From an uncultured delta proteobacterium (lineage in GTDB: Bacteria; Desulfobacterota; Desulfobaccia; Desulfobaccales; 0-14-0-80-60-11): a DNA stretch of 64,000 nucleotides. The notes under the pieces were generated by a model, which did no database searches, was not told where the DNA came from, and saw only the letters and a program-made list of their open reading frames with translations. The stretch's first letter is position 1; each line of letters opens with the position of its first letter. Below, piece after piece: positions 35,605 to 45,738 of this stretch. The position numbers and the translations under genes were made by a program. Location of the stretch: NCBI GenBank assembly GCA_963797235.1, contig CAWCOX010000004.1:635332-699331 (forward strand), written 5' to 3'.

Positions 35605-36903
35605 ATGTCACTTAAAAACCGCTGCCAACCTTTTGCTCATATGGTCCGAGACGCCAGGGAACAGGGGATTTACCCTTACTTCCGGCCCATTGACCGATCT
35701 TGGGGCACAGAAGTGGAGGTGTCGGGCCGGCGTCTGATAATGATTGGCTCCAATGATTATCTGGGGTTCACCCATGATCCCCGGATAATCGAAGCGACAG
35801 CCAAGGCGGCGCTGCGCTGGGGGAGTGGACCGGGGGGGTCTCGCTTCCTGTGCGGCAACCTGACCTTGCATGAGAAGCTGGAGGAGCGCCTGGCCGCCTT
35901 TGTGGGCAAGAAAAAGGCGGTCGTCCACGCCACCGGCTTCACCACCAATCTGGGCGCCATCGCCTGCATGCTGACGCCGCAGGATGTCATCGTCTGCGAC
36001 CGGGAGAATCATGCCAGCATTTTCGAAGGCTGCCAGGCCTCCCGGGCCCGGTTGATTCCCTTTGGCCACAATGATGCCGCGGCCGCGGAACGGAAATTGG
36101 CGTCCGCCCGCCAGAAGAATGCCACCGGTTGCCTGTTCCTGATTACCGAAGGCGTCTTCAGCATGTCCGGGGATATGTCTCCCCTGGATGAATTGGTCAA
36201 ATTGAAGGAGACTTACCCGGATCTCCTCATTTATCTGGATGATGCTCACGGTCTGGGAGTGATGGGTGAAGGCGGCCGCGGGACCGCCCATCATTTCGGT
36301 CTCACCTCCCAGGTGGATTTCATCATGGGCACCTTCAGCAAGGCCCTGGCTTCCATCGGCGGCTTCATCGCCGCTGACGACGAAGACGTCCTGGAATACC
36401 TGCGGCACCATTCCAAACCCCTGATCTTTTCGGCGGCCTTGCCCGCCAGCAATGCCGCTACGGTCCTGGCCTGTCTGGATGTCTTGGATGCCGATCCCGG
36501 TCGGGTGACCCGGCTTTGGGATATTACTCGCCGGGTGCACCAGGGATACCAGGAAATCGGGGTGATCACCAAGCATTCCAAAACCCCCATCATTCCCATT
36601 TACGTCGGCGCCGAAGACAAGGCCTTCGTGTTCGCCAAGGACATGTTCGACCATGGCGTCTTCGCCCTGCCGGCTATCTATCCGGCAGTGCCCCGGGGTC
36701 AGGCGGTGATCCGCACCGCGTTCATGAGTACTCATAAAAAGAGCCAGATTGACTACGTTCTGGAAGTCATCGAAAAGCTGGCCAAGAAACATCGTATCCG
36801 GGCCTGCGATCTTGGCCAACCGGAAGCTTTTCTGGAGGGGGAAGGAATCTCCACCCCGGTAGCCGATATTTTGGACCAGACGATGGGCCTCGGCCGCGAG
36901 TAA
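35605..36903 (+). CDS. PLP-dependent alpha-oxoamine synthase, serine-palmitoyltransferase/KBL-like
   Basis: 432-aa ORF. IMIGSNDYLGF, GSGPGGSRFLCGNLTLHEKLEERLAAF, DDAHGLGVMGEGGRG, and the PLP-lysine motif GTFSKALASIGGF. GTFSK..GGF and GSR.L.G resemble Spt/KBL more than BioF (from remembered sequences). It has a ~35-aa acidic C-terminal extension. Confidence 0.85.
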   Translation: MSLKNRCQPFAHMVRDAREQGIYPYFRPIDRSWGTEVEVSGRRLIMIGSNDYLGFTHDPRIIEATAKAALRWGSGPGGSRFLCGNLTLHEKLEERLAAFVGKKKAVVHATGFTTNLGAIACMLTPQDVIVCDRENHASIFEGCQASRARLIPFGHNDAAAAERKLASARQKNATGCLFLITEGVFSMSGDMSPLDELVKLKETYPDLLIYLDDAHGLGVMGEGGRGTAHHFGLTSQVDFIMGTFSKALASIGGFIAADDEDVLEYLRHHSKPLIFSAALPASNAATVLACLDVLDADPGRVTRLWDITRRVHQGYQEIGVITKHSKTPIIPIYVGAEDKAFVFAKDMFDHGVFALPAIYPAVPRGQAVIRTAFMSTHKKSQIDYVLEVIEKLAKKHRIRACDLGQPEAFLEGEGISTPVADILDQTMGLGRE

Positions 36904-37383
36904 AGGGTGCGCTGACCTCAGGATAGAGAGGCCCGGCAGATAGATGGGCCACCGTGCAGAGTTGAGACCTTGCCCGGATTAGGGGGGATGGCCCGGGTAA
37001 GTGTCTCAGCGTCGGCCGGATGAATTAAAGATTTTTTTCGGCTAAACATTGCCGGGTGGTTTCCCATGGGTGATGCCGAGCAGCTCTTTGAGGCGCGATG
37101 ACTGCTCAGACACTATCCTTGGGGGGTTCTGCTGCCACCGGCGATTACCCAAGGGACAGGCCTTCCTCCGGATACATCTTTTCCATTCCAGCGGGACTTG
37201 CCACTCAATCTAGAGAATGGACGATGGATTTGAGGTTCAAGGCTTTGGCTGTTTTTTGAGGCGGCATGATTGCCGGTAGTTTTGCCAGGAATATGAAGGC
37301 CTTTGGGCCGAAGCGGGTGGCGGGCGCCAGTACTGCAAGCCTGCCCAGGGGTGAGGACGAGTTCCTTGAGATTTAATGACCTC

Positions 37384-38541
37384 ATGACGGTTAGTGTACG
37401 CCAGGTGATACGGCACCGCCGCCGCTACATGGGGGTAGTTTTGGCTATAGCCTTAGGCGTGGCCGGTTTCATCAACATCATCACCATGAGCCGGGAAGTC
37501 AAGAAGAACTTCAACGAAAATCTGGACCTGATTGGCGGGGTCACGGTTATCCGGCTATATTTCGACAATAGCCGTTCCTACCGGCCCCAGTGGTTCCGGG
37601 ACGACACCCTGGCAGCCTTGAGCCGCATCAAAGGCTTCAAGGAATTGAGCCTCACCGGTGAGAAGCCGGGCAATACCAACTGGCACGGGCAGCGCTACGG
37701 CTTCCACCTGATCGCGGTGGACGAGGCCTTCTGGGAGGTGCGGAATTTTTGGGCTCAAACCGGCAATCTCTTCGGGGCTGAGGCCGTCACGCAGCGCCGG
37801 CGGGAGTGTGTCCTGGGAGCTGAACTGGCCCGGAGGGTTTTCGGTACTAATGACGTCCGCGGCAGGACCATGGAGATCAATAACGAACTTTTTTGGATCT
37901 CGGGTGTCCTGGGGGGGGTTACCGACAGCAGCATAGCGAACTCAGCCTTCCTGCCCCTGACCACCGCGGCGGACCGCCTGTCTGGCCGGTTGCTCACTGA
38001 CCACGTCTTTCTCCGCGTCCAGACTTGGGATGATGTCGCCCGCGTCGCCGCGGCCATACCCGAGGCCATCAAATCCAGCCAATCTTCCGAAGAACTGCAC
38101 GTGGAGGTTGCCTGGGAGGGACTCAAACGGGTCCAGCAACTGGCCTGGTGGATTCAGTTTATGATCTATCTGGCCATCAGCGCCACTTTCCTGTTGGGGG
38201 GCGTGGGCATCTGGAACGTCATGATGGCCGCCGTGGTCACCCGCACCCGGGAAATCGGCTTGAAGAAGGCCATGGGGGCGGAGGACAAAGATATCCTGGC
38301 CCAGTTTCTGTCCGAGGCCCTCTGTCTCAGTCTGGGAGCCGCGTTGGTGGGCGGCTTGGTGGGGCGGATCGGGACGGAGATCCTGGGCCACGTGATTGGC
38401 AGCCGTCCGGCGGAAAATCTTTTCTTCATGGGTCTGTCCCTGGGATTTCTGTTTGCCGTGATTTTAGGGGTGGGCGCCGGCCTTTATCCCTCTATCCGGG
38501 CCAGCCGCATGGAAGTGGTATCTGCTATACGCTATGAGTAA
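37384..38541 (+). CDS. ABC transporter permease, FtsX/MacB type
   Basis: N-terminal TM (YMGVVLAIALGVAGFINII), ~230-aa periplasmic domain, then three TM helices with the FtsX-domain segment TREIGLKKAMGAEDKDILAQFLSEA. An in-frame TTG at 37366 (GAGGA upstream) is an alternative start. Confidence 0.8.
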   Translation: MTVSVRQVIRHRRRYMGVVLAIALGVAGFINIITMSREVKKNFNENLDLIGGVTVIRLYFDNSRSYRPQWFRDDTLAALSRIKGFKELSLTGEKPGNTNWHGQRYGFHLIAVDEAFWEVRNFWAQTGNLFGAEAVTQRRRECVLGAELARRVFGTNDVRGRTMEINNELFWISGVLGGVTDSSIANSAFLPLTTAADRLSGRLLTDHVFLRVQTWDDVARVAAAIPEAIKSSQSSEELHVEVAWEGLKRVQQLAWWIQFMIYLAISATFLLGGVGIWNVMMAAVVTRTREIGLKKAMGAEDKDILAQFLSEALCLSLGAALVGGLVGRIGTEILGHVIGSRPAENLFFMGLSLGFLFAVILGVGAGLYPSIRASRMEVVSAIRYE

Positions 38542-39244
38542 CTCGATTTCTGTCAGCCCCGCCGCCAATGGGGCCCTGGTCCAGGTCTCCAATCTCACCA
38601 AGACGTACCAAACCGAGGCGGGGACCATCCAGGTTCTTAAAGATATCAACCTGAAGGTCTATGCCGGCGAGATCGTGGCGGTGATGGGGCCTTCCGGTTC
38701 CGGCAAGTCTACTTTTCTCTTCATTCTGGGGATCTTCATCAGTCCTACCATGGGAACCTACATTCTGGCGGGCCAGGACGTGCTGCGTCTGGATCGCAAC
38801 GCCCAGGCCGAATTCCGGCGCAACCGGGTGGGCTTCGTCTTTCAAAGCTGCGATCTATTGGAACATTCCACGGTCTATGAAAACCTGGAATTTCCCCTGA
38901 TCTACGCCGGGGTCGAGCGTCGGGAGCGCCCGGATCGTATTGCCGCAGCCCTCGATTTAGTGAATCTGGGGCACCGCATTCATCATTCCTCTAATCGTCT
39001 GTCCGGCGGTGAACGCCAGCGGGTAGCGGTAGCGCGGGCCCTGGTTAACCAGCCGCAGGTCATCCTGGCGGACGAACCCACCGGTCAGTTGGACCGGAGC
39101 CATGGCCACCAGGTTATGGACCACTTTGCCGAGATCGTCAGCAAGAGCAATACGTCCGTAATCGTGGTAACCCACGACCCCGAAATGGGGGCCAGGTGCA
39201 CCCGGGTTTGCTCAATGCGGGACGGGGTCCTTTATGAGCAATAA
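38534..39244 (+). CDS. ABC transporter ATP-binding protein (MacB/LolD type)
   Basis: Walker A GPSGSGKST, Q-loop, signature LSGGERQRVAVARAL, Walker B VILADEPTGQLD, H-loop VVTHD. Overlaps the permease stop by 8 nt. Confidence 0.9.
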   Translation: MSNSISVSPAANGALVQVSNLTKTYQTEAGTIQVLKDINLKVYAGEIVAVMGPSGSGKSTFLFILGIFISPTMGTYILAGQDVLRLDRNAQAEFRRNRVGFVFQSCDLLEHSTVYENLEFPLIYAGVERRERPDRIAAALDLVNLGHRIHHSSNRLSGGERQRVAVARALVNQPQVILADEPTGQLDRSHGHQVMDHFAEIVSKSNTSVIVVTHDPEMGARCTRVCSMRDGVLYEQ

Positions 39245-39346
39245 CCTCTGGATTTACCAGGACGCCTCTTAACCCGATGGTCATGGCAGAGGCCTTCGCG
39301 CACCCACGGGACCTCCGGGGTCAGCAGTCTGCCGGCGGGCGAGCTT

Positions 39347-40705
39347 GTGTGCCAGAGTAGCCGCGGGCTGCCGGCCATCCTGGCCATAGCCTTTTTGGCT
39401 CTGCTCCTGGGACTGCTGCCGGCGGCCGCTCAGCCCGCCTGGGCTGCCGAAGCCGGCCCCACCGACGCCAAGGCTGCCGTCCCGGGCCTCCTTGACTTTG
39501 ACGGCTGCGTCAGGTTGGCCATCCAGCAGTCGCCCTATTTGACCAAAAGCGCCGTGGAGATCGATATCCGGCGGATGAATGAGAGTGACAGCCGTTACTC
39601 CATGATTCCGCCACCCATGACCTTCCGCACCTTTTACTATGTGGACCGGCCTCAACAGCCCGGCCTCAATCCCAAGCCCTATAGTCTCAGTTTTTCCATG
39701 GACCCCTGGAACCCCGTGGGGTCCTATTTTAGCCTGCAGGCTGAAAAGGTGGCCACCCAGATGGCGATCTTGGCCCATCTCCAAGCGATTAACGCCGGTT
39801 TGGAGCGCCTCGGCAAGATGTTTCTGCACCTGGCCTCCATGAACCGCCTGGTGGTCTTTCAGAGAGACCTGATCAACCTGTGCCGGGAGAAACTGACCTA
39901 CGCTGAAAACCGCCGGACCATCGGCACCGGCACCTCCCTGGAGGTCCAGATGGCTGCCCAGGAGTTGGAGTTGGCCAAGAACGAGCAAGGGCAGCTGGAA
40001 CTCACCCGGAAGCGCACCCTCAGCAACTTGAAAACCTTTTTGGGTCTGAAACCCGAGCAACAGGTGGAATTCGATTTGCGGGACGCCCACCGCCAGGTAT
40101 TGGGCAGCTTCGATCCAACCGCCGCTACCCTGGAGCAGGCGAAAGCGAGATCTTTTGAACTCAAGAGTCTGGAGATGAAGAAGGAGCTGCAGGGATATAA
40201 CGTTACCTTAGCCAAGACCAAAATTCTTCCCGATCTCCTGTTTAATACCCAGACTCCCGACCCCTTAAGCGTCACCAGCGCCAGAGGCCTTTACGTGGGT
40301 CTGGGTCTGCAGGTGCCGGTCTGGGATGGCTTAAAGCGGTTTCGTAATATCTCGCGACAAAAGGCCGTCTTAAAGCAGGTCGGCAATGAAAAAGACATGA
40401 AAGAGATCGATCTGGCCGACAAATGGAGCGAACTCCAGGAAAATATTGGTAACAGCGCGGCCGGCCTGAAGATCACCAAGTCCCAGGAAGAACTGACGCG
40501 CCTGAAGGAGCGCCAGGCCGAAATCTTCTACAATTCCGGAACTGACCAACTTCCCGCCTGGTTGGATGCCCGGAAGGCCAGCCTGGAGGCGCAAAAAAAT
40601 TCCTTCACCAAGGCGTTGGAATATGACGATCTTATCCTGAATTTGCGTCAATTTTCTGGAGATCTGGGTACTAGCTATGTGGATCAGAAATCCTGGCAAA
40701 AGTAG
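39347..40705 (+). CDS. TolC-family outer-membrane efflux protein
   Basis: Signal peptide LPAILAIAFLALLLGLLPAAAQPAWA. Two-repeat OEP-like organisation with long helical segments (..LERLGKMFLHLASMNRLVVFQRDLINL.., ..LEAQKNSFTKALEYDDLILNLRQFSG). Confidence 0.7.
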   Translation: MCQSSRGLPAILAIAFLALLLGLLPAAAQPAWAAEAGPTDAKAAVPGLLDFDGCVRLAIQQSPYLTKSAVEIDIRRMNESDSRYSMIPPPMTFRTFYYVDRPQQPGLNPKPYSLSFSMDPWNPVGSYFSLQAEKVATQMAILAHLQAINAGLERLGKMFLHLASMNRLVVFQRDLINLCREKLTYAENRRTIGTGTSLEVQMAAQELELAKNEQGQLELTRKRTLSNLKTFLGLKPEQQVEFDLRDAHRQVLGSFDPTAATLEQAKARSFELKSLEMKKELQGYNVTLAKTKILPDLLFNTQTPDPLSVTSARGLYVGLGLQVPVWDGLKRFRNISRQKAVLKQVGNEKDMKEIDLADKWSELQENIGNSAAGLKITKSQEELTRLKERQAEIFYNSGTDQLPAWLDARKASLEAQKNSFTKALEYDDLILNLRQFSGDLGTSYVDQKSWQK

Positions 40706-41664
40706 AGCCGCCGCGGTCCTGGGAACATTCCTGGTCCTGGCGATTTTGACCGCCGTCCCGGCCCTGGGCAATCCCAAGGGCGAAGGCAGCCCGGCGGCGC
40801 CGCCCGGCCGCCCCGGCCGCCCCGGCCGCCCCGGCCTCAGAACCCGAGATCAGCTTTAACGGCAAGGTCTTTTGTTCCTTGAAACGCCGGGTGGACCTGC
40901 CTTTCAAAGGCATCATCACCTCGATCCTGGTCCGTTCCGGAGAGCGGGTGGAGGCCGGCCAGGTCCTGGCCAGATATCGCCTGACCCCGGAAGCCCAAAT
41001 CGTGATTCGCCAGCGCCTGTCGCCGCCGGCCCTTTCCGATGGCGAAATTAAATTGGCGGAAACTGAACGGAGTATGGTGCCGCTGCAAAACCGGCAGCGG
41101 GAATTGACCCAACTGGCGCAAAAGAAGTTGGCCCCGCCCCAGAGCCTCGAGCAGGTCAACCAGGATCTCCGCCTGCTTACCCAAGAGCGCAGCGCCCTGC
41201 AAAACCGGCTGCGTCAGGACCGCCAGTCACTCCAGGATGACCGGATAATTTTGAAGCAGCAACTGGGAAAGGGCATCAGCTCCGGACAGATTCCCCAAGA
41301 AGCGGCTTTGATCGCCCCCATCGCCGGATACATTATCTGGATCAGTCCGGACCTGCAGAATGGGGCCGAGTTGCCCCCCACTCCCGGCGTCTTCCAGGTG
41401 GGAGCGATGGATCCCATGGTGGTGCGGGCCCAGGCCTTTGAAATCGAGGCCTTGCAGATTAAGCCCGGGGAAACCGCCGAGGTCACTCTGGAATCCCTCC
41501 CCGGTCGGAAATTCCAGGGACAGGTGAGCCGGATCTCCTGGTCCTCCCTCACCCCCGGTCTGGAACAACCGGCCTACTACGATGTGGAATTAAAGGTGTC
41601 CAACCCTGATCTGTTGCTAAAAGACGGGTTAAAGGCCCAAATCGTCTTTCGTGATCATCAATAA
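40677..41664 (+). CDS. periplasmic adaptor (HlyD/MFP-like), one +1 frameshift near 40800 inside a 9-bp tandem repeat
   Basis: Signal/anchor MWIRNPGKSRAAAVLGTFLVLAILTAVPALG and a Pro/Ala linker. The +1 frame then gives EPEISFNGKVFCSLKRRVDLPFKGIITSILVRSGERVEAGQVLARY (lipoyl-like), a coiled coil (QRELTQLAQKKL..LRLLTQERSALQNRL) and a beta-barrel (AEVTLESLPGRKFQGQVSRIS). Confidence 0.7.
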
Positions 41665-41679
41665 AGAGGTAAGAAATTA

Positions 41680-42816
41680 ATGGCAGCAAACGGGGAGATC
41701 CTCGTATCTCCCGTTCAAGATGAGGCCGGCCTCCAGGAATTTATGCGCTTCCCCTGGCGCCTCTATAGTCAGGACCCTTACTGGGTGCCGCCTTTATTGC
41801 CCGAACAGCGGAAGTTCCTGGACCCCCGCCGGGGTCCTTTCTTTGAAATCGGCGAGGCCCAATATTTCCTGGCCTACCGCCAGGGCGAGCCCGTGGGGCG
41901 GATCTCGGCCCACCTCAACCGGCGCCATGATGAATTTCATGGAGCGGAAACCGGCTTTTGGGGCTTTTTTGAAGCCATCCAGGACCAGGAGGTCGCCAAC
42001 GCCCTGTTCGAGGCGGCAGCCGCCTGGCTGCGCCAACGCGGCCGCAGCCGCCTGGTGGGCCCGCTCAATTTTTCCATCTACGACGAAATGGGCCTGCTGA
42101 TCGAGGGCTTCGACTCCATGCCGGCCATGTTCCAGACCCACAATCCCCCCTACTATGCGGATCTGGTCGCCTCCTGGGGCTTTCGCAAGGCCATGGACTG
42201 GGTGGCCCTCAAGATAACCGACCGCAAGGTCGACGTCCCGGCCATGGAGCGGCGTCTGGATGAGATCCTGACCAAGCAAAAGGTGACGCTGGCCCCTTAC
42301 AATCCTCGGGAGTTGGCGCGGCGGGCCGAGGAGGTCTTCCACCTGTTCAACGAGGCCTGGAGTGTCAACTGGGGCCATGTCCCCCTGAGCCGCCAGCAGT
42401 TCGATCATCTGTTGCACGAAGTCAAACCGTTGCTGCGGCCCGAGTTGGTCCATATGCTGCTGGACGGCGATAAGCTGGTGGGCTTCGGCATCGTCTTGCC
42501 GGACCTGAACCCGGTGGTCCAGCAACTCAACGGCAGCTTAGGCCTTTGGAGCAAACTGCGCCTGCTCTACGCCGCCAAATTCGCCCCCATCCGCAAGGTG
42601 AGGGCCATGGTCATCGGCATCGCCCAGCCCTACCAGCTAAAAAGGCTGAACTATGCCATATTCTTGAGGACTTACATTTACTTGATTAAACACACGCCTT
42701 GCGATTTTGCCGATTTTTCCCTGATCCCTGAAAATCTCCGCCACTGGATCAAGGTGATCCAGGCCTTCGGCGGCCAAACCTATAAGACCTTCCGGGTATT
42801 TGAAAGAGAAATCTGA
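41680..42816 (+). CDS. GNAT-like acyltransferase-fold protein of unknown specificity
   Basis: 378-aa ORF with a good RBS (AAGAGG). N-terminal W..Y..DP.WVPPL..E....LDP..PFF......YFLAY..GEPVGRISAHLN recalls a widespread uncharacterised family usually annotated as N-acetyltransferase. Call from memory; no acceptor can be inferred. Confidence 0.45.
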   Translation: MAANGEILVSPVQDEAGLQEFMRFPWRLYSQDPYWVPPLLPEQRKFLDPRRGPFFEIGEAQYFLAYRQGEPVGRISAHLNRRHDEFHGAETGFWGFFEAIQDQEVANALFEAAAAWLRQRGRSRLVGPLNFSIYDEMGLLIEGFDSMPAMFQTHNPPYYADLVASWGFRKAMDWVALKITDRKVDVPAMERRLDEILTKQKVTLAPYNPRELARRAEEVFHLFNEAWSVNWGHVPLSRQQFDHLLHEVKPLLRPELVHMLLDGDKLVGFGIVLPDLNPVVQQLNGSLGLWSKLRLLYAAKFAPIRKVRAMVIGIAQPYQLKRLNYAIFLRTYIYLIKHTPCDFADFSLIPENLRHWIKVIQAFGGQTYKTFRVFEREI

Positions 42817-42833
42817 TTTTTTGCCTCCAGGGC

Positions 42834-44636
42834 TTGAAACCGCTTTGCTCCCCGATGCCGCCACATATGACTTTGCCTATTATGCCGCATGAGCTCGAAT
42901 CCCCGCAGCGTGAGAGATGGCCGGGGTATGCCGCGGTATTCGATCTGCTGATAGTCCTGATCCTCTCGGACATCATCTTTCTCCTGGCCCATCTCTCGGC
43001 CCTGTCCAGCCCCTACGTCGTCAACGACGACGTCCGCCAGCAGCTCTTCTGGATGCAGCAATGGCTGGACCCGGCACTGTTTCAGGGCGATTTGCTGGCT
43101 GAATACGCCCGCCATTACGTCCCCTGGGGCGTCAAGGGCCTTTACTGGTTGGCTTCCTGGATCTCGGACCCCATCGCCTTTTCTAAGTTCATGACCGGTA
43201 TCCTGTTCGTTTTCCTGTCTCTCTGCCTCTATCTGATCGGCTTGAGACTGGGGGGCCGCCGCCTGGCCTGGACCACCCTGGCAGTCTACTGGCTCATGCC
43301 CTTTTTCCTGGACAATATGTCGGGGGGCCTGGCCCGGGCCTTCGCCGCCCCGCTCCTGGCCTGGTTCTGGCTCTCCTGGCAGGAGGACTGGCCCCGGGGT
43401 ATGGCCGCCGCGCTCATCCTCCAGGCCCTGTTCATTCCCTACGTCTTCATGGTCACCGCCCTGGCCGTCGGACTCGCCTGGCTGGCAGGCCGCACCGGCA
43501 GGCTGGCGCCGCCGCCGTTTCCGGCGCGGCCGGTTCATTTTCTCCTGCTGGCCGGCGGCGCCGTCCTGGTGGGGCTGATGAACTTCAGTTACGCCCACGA
43601 CGGCTTCGGCCCCCTGGTGAGCTACGCCGACATGGTGAACCGGCCGGAGTTTTACGCCCGGGGACGCTTTCCCATCCTGCCGGTGCCCACCATCTTCTGG
43701 CAACTTCTCGCCCCCTGGGAATATATTGCCCCCTTCCGGGATTTGGGACCGGTGGCCGCCTACACGGTCTGCGCCATCCTCCCCCTGGCGGCCGTCTGGG
43801 GCCTTTCCCGCACCGACTGGCGCAGCCTGGCGGCCCGGCTCCGACCCCTCTGGTATCTGCTCCTGGCCGGCGCGGTCCTCTATCTCCTGGCCTGGGTCTT
43901 TTTGCTTAAGCTCTTCATTCCGGACCGCTACCTCATCTACACCATTAATCTGGCCTATTGTCTCATCCTGGCCCTGGGCCTGCACGCCGCCCTGAAGGTG
44001 GAAGGGTGGCCCAGGAACCTGGCCGTCCTGGTCCTGGTGGCCGCCGCCGGCCTGGGTTATCTGCGCCTGAAAGACGTGGGTCTGAAGGACTATGGGGTCT
44101 ACCGGCCGCTTTACGCCGCCCTGGCCGATACCCCCAAGGATGCGGTCATTGCCGGGCATCCCAACCTGATGGACAATGTCCCCACCTTTGCCCGGCGTCG
44201 GGCCCTGGTCACCTACAAGCTGGCCCATCCCTGGAGCCAAGGCTACTGGCAACAGATCGAACCCCGGCTGGAGGACCTGTTCGCGGCCTATTACGCGGCC
44301 GACCCCCAGGAAGTGGTCGCTTTTTGCCGCAAGTACCAGGTCTCGTTCCTGGTGGTGGACGACCGCCATTTCACCCCGGAGTTTCTGGCCGGCGGCCGCT
44401 TTTTCGTCCCCCTGGACCGCAAGGTTCCCAGGTTCTGGCGCAAGACCCTGGCCGATCGGGTGGACTGCCCCTTTTTCGCCCCTTTTGACCGGCTGATCGC
44501 CCGGCTGACCCAGGGCCGACATCAATTCGCCCTGCTGGCCTCGCCGCTCTTTGCCGCCGTCAGACTGGACGAGCACCTGCGGCTGCTGGATATGCGCCCC
44601 TGGTTGACCAAAGCCCCGGCGCCTCAACCCGGCTAA
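42834..44636 (+). CDS. large polytopic membrane protein with C-terminal soluble domain (GT-C-like architecture)
   Basis: ~600-aa ORF. About 11 TM segments, then a ~190-aa hydrophilic domain. An acidic pair in the first extracytoplasmic loop (SSPYVVNDDVRQQLFWMQQW) is placed as in GT-C glycosyltransferases. The start is uncertain (TTG 42834 or ATG 42855). Confidence 0.5.
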   Translation: MKPLCSPMPPHMTLPIMPHELESPQRERWPGYAAVFDLLIVLILSDIIFLLAHLSALSSPYVVNDDVRQQLFWMQQWLDPALFQGDLLAEYARHYVPWGVKGLYWLASWISDPIAFSKFMTGILFVFLSLCLYLIGLRLGGRRLAWTTLAVYWLMPFFLDNMSGGLARAFAAPLLAWFWLSWQEDWPRGMAAALILQALFIPYVFMVTALAVGLAWLAGRTGRLAPPPFPARPVHFLLLAGGAVLVGLMNFSYAHDGFGPLVSYADMVNRPEFYARGRFPILPVPTIFWQLLAPWEYIAPFRDLGPVAAYTVCAILPLAAVWGLSRTDWRSLAARLRPLWYLLLAGAVLYLLAWVFLLKLFIPDRYLIYTINLAYCLILALGLHAALKVEGWPRNLAVLVLVAAAGLGYLRLKDVGLKDYGVYRPLYAALADTPKDAVIAGHPNLMDNVPTFARRRALVTYKLAHPWSQGYWQQIEPRLEDLFAAYYAADPQEVVAFCRKYQVSFLVVDDRHFTPEFLAGGRFFVPLDRKVPRFWRKTLADRVDCPFFAPFDRLIARLTQGRHQFALLASPLFAAVRLDEHLRLLDMRPWLTKAPAPQPG

Positions 44637-44654
44637 TTAGATATTGGAGGACCC

Positions 44655-45677
44655 ATGGCCCATAAACATCGGTTTATCTTCGAAGGCTCGGGCCGCTCCC
44701 TGGCCAAGGAAGCCTGGCGCTTCCTGGGCCGGGGCGACCTTCTCGGCCAACTCCACGGAGAGCTGGTGGATCGGTACCTCACCCTGCTCCAGCGGCCGCA
44801 ATCGCGGCTCCAGGCCCGCCTGCGCCTGATTAATATCGAGCCCACCAACTATTGCAATCAACGTTGCCGGTTCTGCGCCACCGGGCTCAATACCAATAAA
44901 CGGCCCAAGGGCAAGATGGACCTGGCCACCTTCCGGAAGATCGTGGCCCACGTGCCCAGGGGCTGCACCATCATGTTGGCGGGGTTCGGGGAGCCCTTTG
45001 TGAATGAAAATATGGAGGCCTTCCTGGAGGAGATCGCCGGCCGGGGACTCGCCGACCGGTTGGAACTCTATTCCAATTTCGGCGTCATGACCGAGTCCCG
45101 GGTCCGCGCTCTACTGGATCATCCCTTCCGGCGCATCATTGTTTCCCTGGATTCCATGAGCCGGCAGACGTTTATCGAGCAGAAAGGAGTGGATGAGTTC
45201 GACCGGGTGTGGGACAACCTCAAAGTTCTGGCGGATGAAGTGAAACAGCGGGGCAGTGTCCCGCAAAAGCTCATCGTCCAGATGATCGTCACCAGGAAGA
45301 CCGCCCACGAACGCCAGCGTTTTCTGGACACCATCGGCAGCCTCAACCTGACCCCGAGGCTCAAACTGGTGAACGTCCATAGCCCGCGCTTCAATGAGGC
45401 CCAGATCAAAGAATTTGAGGTCGAGGGCATGTCGCGCTATCGCCGCTCCGGTTATTCCCGGCGCTGCGAATGGGTTTGGGGGGGAATGATGGTCTACTGG
45501 AACGGCGATGTCACCCTGTGCTGCCAGGACCCCACCGGGCTGAGCACCTATGGCAGCGTCCACCAAGACGACGTGCCGTCCCTGCTGAACACCGTCCCGG
45601 GCCGCTGCGAATTCCGCCGGCGCTACTTCGAGGACCCGTCCCAGATCGACATCTGCCGGAACTGCGACATTGCCTGA
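44655..45677 (+). CDS. radical SAM enzyme with SPASM/twitch-like C-terminal Cys motif
   Basis: GGAGG RBS. INIEPTNYCNQRCRFC (CxxxCxxC), AGFGEPF glycine motif. C-terminal WNGDVTLCCQDP..GRCEF..DICRNCDIA. Confidence 0.8.
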   Translation: MAHKHRFIFEGSGRSLAKEAWRFLGRGDLLGQLHGELVDRYLTLLQRPQSRLQARLRLINIEPTNYCNQRCRFCATGLNTNKRPKGKMDLATFRKIVAHVPRGCTIMLAGFGEPFVNENMEAFLEEIAGRGLADRLELYSNFGVMTESRVRALLDHPFRRIIVSLDSMSRQTFIEQKGVDEFDRVWDNLKVLADEVKQRGSVPQKLIVQMIVTRKTAHERQRFLDTIGSLNLTPRLKLVNVHSPRFNEAQIKEFEVEGMSRYRRSGYSRRCEWVWGGMMVYWNGDVTLCCQDPTGLSTYGSVHQDDVPSLLNTVPGRCEFRRRYFEDPSQIDICRNCDIA

Positions 45678-45738
45678 ATCTTTGGGTGGGCCAGCCGATT
45701 TTTCCCATCCCGATCATTAGCCGATAAAGAGAAACCTT

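Noticed and set aside
35605-36903. Calling the alpha-oxoamine synthase bioF (8-amino-7-oxononanoate synthase).
   Set aside because: No bioA, bioD, bioB or bioC/H genes are nearby. The PLP-lysine context GTFSK..GGF and the GSR.L.G motif resemble Spt/KBL-type enzymes more than BioF as I remember them. Only a phylogeny can settle it.
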